Shown here: positions 37,190-38,706 of the stretch, one piece after another
How positions within the stretch are numbered: position 1 is the stretch's first letter
Layout of the letters: each line of letters begins with the position of its first letter
Source of the DNA: Chiloscyllium plagiosum
Taxonomy: Eukaryota
Assembly: GCF_004010195.1 (NCBI RefSeq)
Contig: NC_057719.1
Location: forward strand, 72,090,994 to 72,129,699
DNA: 38,706 nt
Reading direction: 5' to 3'
Position numbers and translations under genes: made by a program
The notes under the pieces: model-generated
What the model saw: only the letters and a program-made list of their open reading frames with translations
Told to the model about the DNA's origin: nothing
Databases searched by the model: none

Positions 37190-37644
37190 CTTGCAATCTT
37201 CTTTTATATTTTAAGTGACCTTAGTCTCATATTTCATCTTCCCTACCCCTCCTTTTTGCTTTTTCAGTTGCTCTCTGCTGTGTTTTAAAGGCTTTAAAAT
37301 CCTCTGGCTTCCCACTAATCTTCACTACATTATAGGCTTTTCCTTTGTTTTTATGCCATCTCTAGCTTCCGTTGTCAGTTATAGTTGCCCTTGTCCTCCC
37401 CTCAGTATTTTGCTTCTTCCTTGGGATGAATTTCTGCTCTGCCTCTCGAATTGCCCCCAGAAACTCCTGCCACTCCTGTTCCACCAGCTTCTCTACTAGG
37501 TTTCCCTTCCAATCAACTCTGGTCAGCTTCTCCCTAATGTCTTTACAGCCACCATTACTCAATTCTAATACTGTTACATCTGATTCCAGCTTCTCCCTCT
37601 CAAACTGCAGGATGAGTTCTATCATCTTATGGTCACTGTCATTG
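37190..37644 (-). mobile_element. CR1 endonuclease/linker fragment
   Basis: DSDHKMIELILQFEREK...LTRVDW...WQEFL...QKFIP (37362..37649). Confidence 0.8.
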
Positions 37645-38245
37645 AACATAGAACATTACAGTGCAGTACAGGCCCTTTGGTCCTTGATGTTGCGCTGACC
37701 TGTGAAACCAATCTAACCCACACAATTCCATTCTCGTCCATATGCCTATCCAATGACCATTTAAATGCCCTTAAAGTTGGCGAGTCTTCTACTGTTGCAG
37801 GCAGTGCGTTCCACACCCCTACTACTCTCTGAGTAAAGAAACTACCTCTGACATCTGTCCTATATCTGTCACCCCTCAATTTAAAGCTATGTCCCCTCGT
37901 GCTAGCCATCACCATCCAAGGAAAAAGGCTCTCACTGTCCACCCTATCTAACCCTCTGATTATCTTATATGTCTCGATTAAGTCACCTCTTAACCTTCTT
38001 CTCTCTAACGAAAACAGCCTCAAGTGCCTCAGCCTTTCCTCCATACCAGGCAATAGCCGAGTAAATCTCCTCTGAACCCTTTCCAAAGTTTCCACATCCT
38101 TCCTATAATGCGTTGATCAGAACTGTACGCAATACTCTAATTGCGGCCGCACAAGAGTTTTGTACAGCTGCAGCATGACCTCATGGTTCTGAAACTCAGT
38201 CCCTCTACCAATAAAAGCTAACACACCGTATGCCTTCTTAACAAC
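37645..38245 (-). mobile_element. Well-preserved CR1 3' end
   Basis: LERVQRRFTRLLPG...LFSLERRRLRGDLIETYKI...TRGHSFKLRG...FFTQRVVGVWNALP (37622..38095). Confidence 0.93.
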
Positions 38246-38247
38246 AT

Positions 38248-38345
38248 TTCTGATGAAAAGCTTTTGCCCAAAACGTTGATTTTCCTGCTCCTCGGATACT
38301 GCCTGACCTGCTGTACTGTTTCCGGCACCACACTACACCACAGAA
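38248..38345 (+). mobile_element. Penelope-like terminal fragment
   Basis: tctgatgaaaagcttttgcccaaaacgttgattttcctgctcctcggatactgcctgacctgctg. Confidence 0.75.
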
Positions 38346-38706
38346 TCAAATAAGTTAATTGTTGTTTTAAGTCTGTCCAAGAGAAAGGCTGCAGTAGTGA
38401 GTATAGTGGATTCTTTCTTAATTATATGTTTTTGGAGATAAGTCTCTTGATTGAACTTAAAATATAAGCCATAGCTATTAATTTAACCTGGGACAGTATT
38501 TGTAGAGAAATAAGACAGTGTTATTTTCTGGGTCTGTAGATTGTGAAGGAGCAAAAATGGCCTTTGCAGTGATATGTACTTCTTGTCAGATGTGGGAGTT
38601 TAAAGAGAGTTTAAGGGTTACTGCGGATTGCATCTGCTATAAATGCTGTTGGATGCGAATCTTATCAGATCGAGTGGATCGGTTGGAGAGACAGATAGAA
38701 GCGATG
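38346..38706 (+). mobile_element. CR1 5'UTR and start of ORF1 (ATG 38557, open to the window end)
   Basis: MAFAVICTSCQMWEFKESLRVTADCICYKCCWMRILSDRVDRLERQIEAM is a CxxC...CxKC zinc finger followed by a leucine zipper, typical of the CR1 ORF1 N-terminus. Confidence 0.8.

Noticed and set aside
1..38706. CRISPR array, prokaryotic operon or defence system
   Set aside because: No regularly spaced repeats and no gene-dense ORFs; the content is vertebrate repeat DNA.

Overview
Eukaryotic, repeat-dense vertebrate DNA. The repeat complement (HE1-type tRNA SINEs, several CR1 families, Penelope-like termini of the 'gggcttatgcccgaaacgtcga' type) points to a cartilaginous fish, probably a shark; this is inferred from recalled repeat families, not from a search. 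No intact protein-coding gene is evident. The window holds the 5' end of an L1 (promoter and ORF1, 1-755) and about 7 kb of mostly unique AT-rich DNA with what may be a decayed multi-exon gene on the minus strand. It also holds two fossil Harbinger transposases, a fossil Gypsy gag-pol broken up by nested insertions, a long Rex/Babar LINE, many CR1 fragments, a solo LTR, MITE/Tigger-like pieces and a 5S+tRNA composite. About ten Penelope-like (PLE) insertions are present; many carry hammerhead-ribozyme-like cores and form fold-backs. The most striking structure is a ~1.25 kb palindrome (14972-16224) in which a PLE insertion appears to have copied ~320 bp of adjacent host DNA in inverted orientation. 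Boundaries were read by eye and are approximate unless a target-site duplication (TSD) fixes them.
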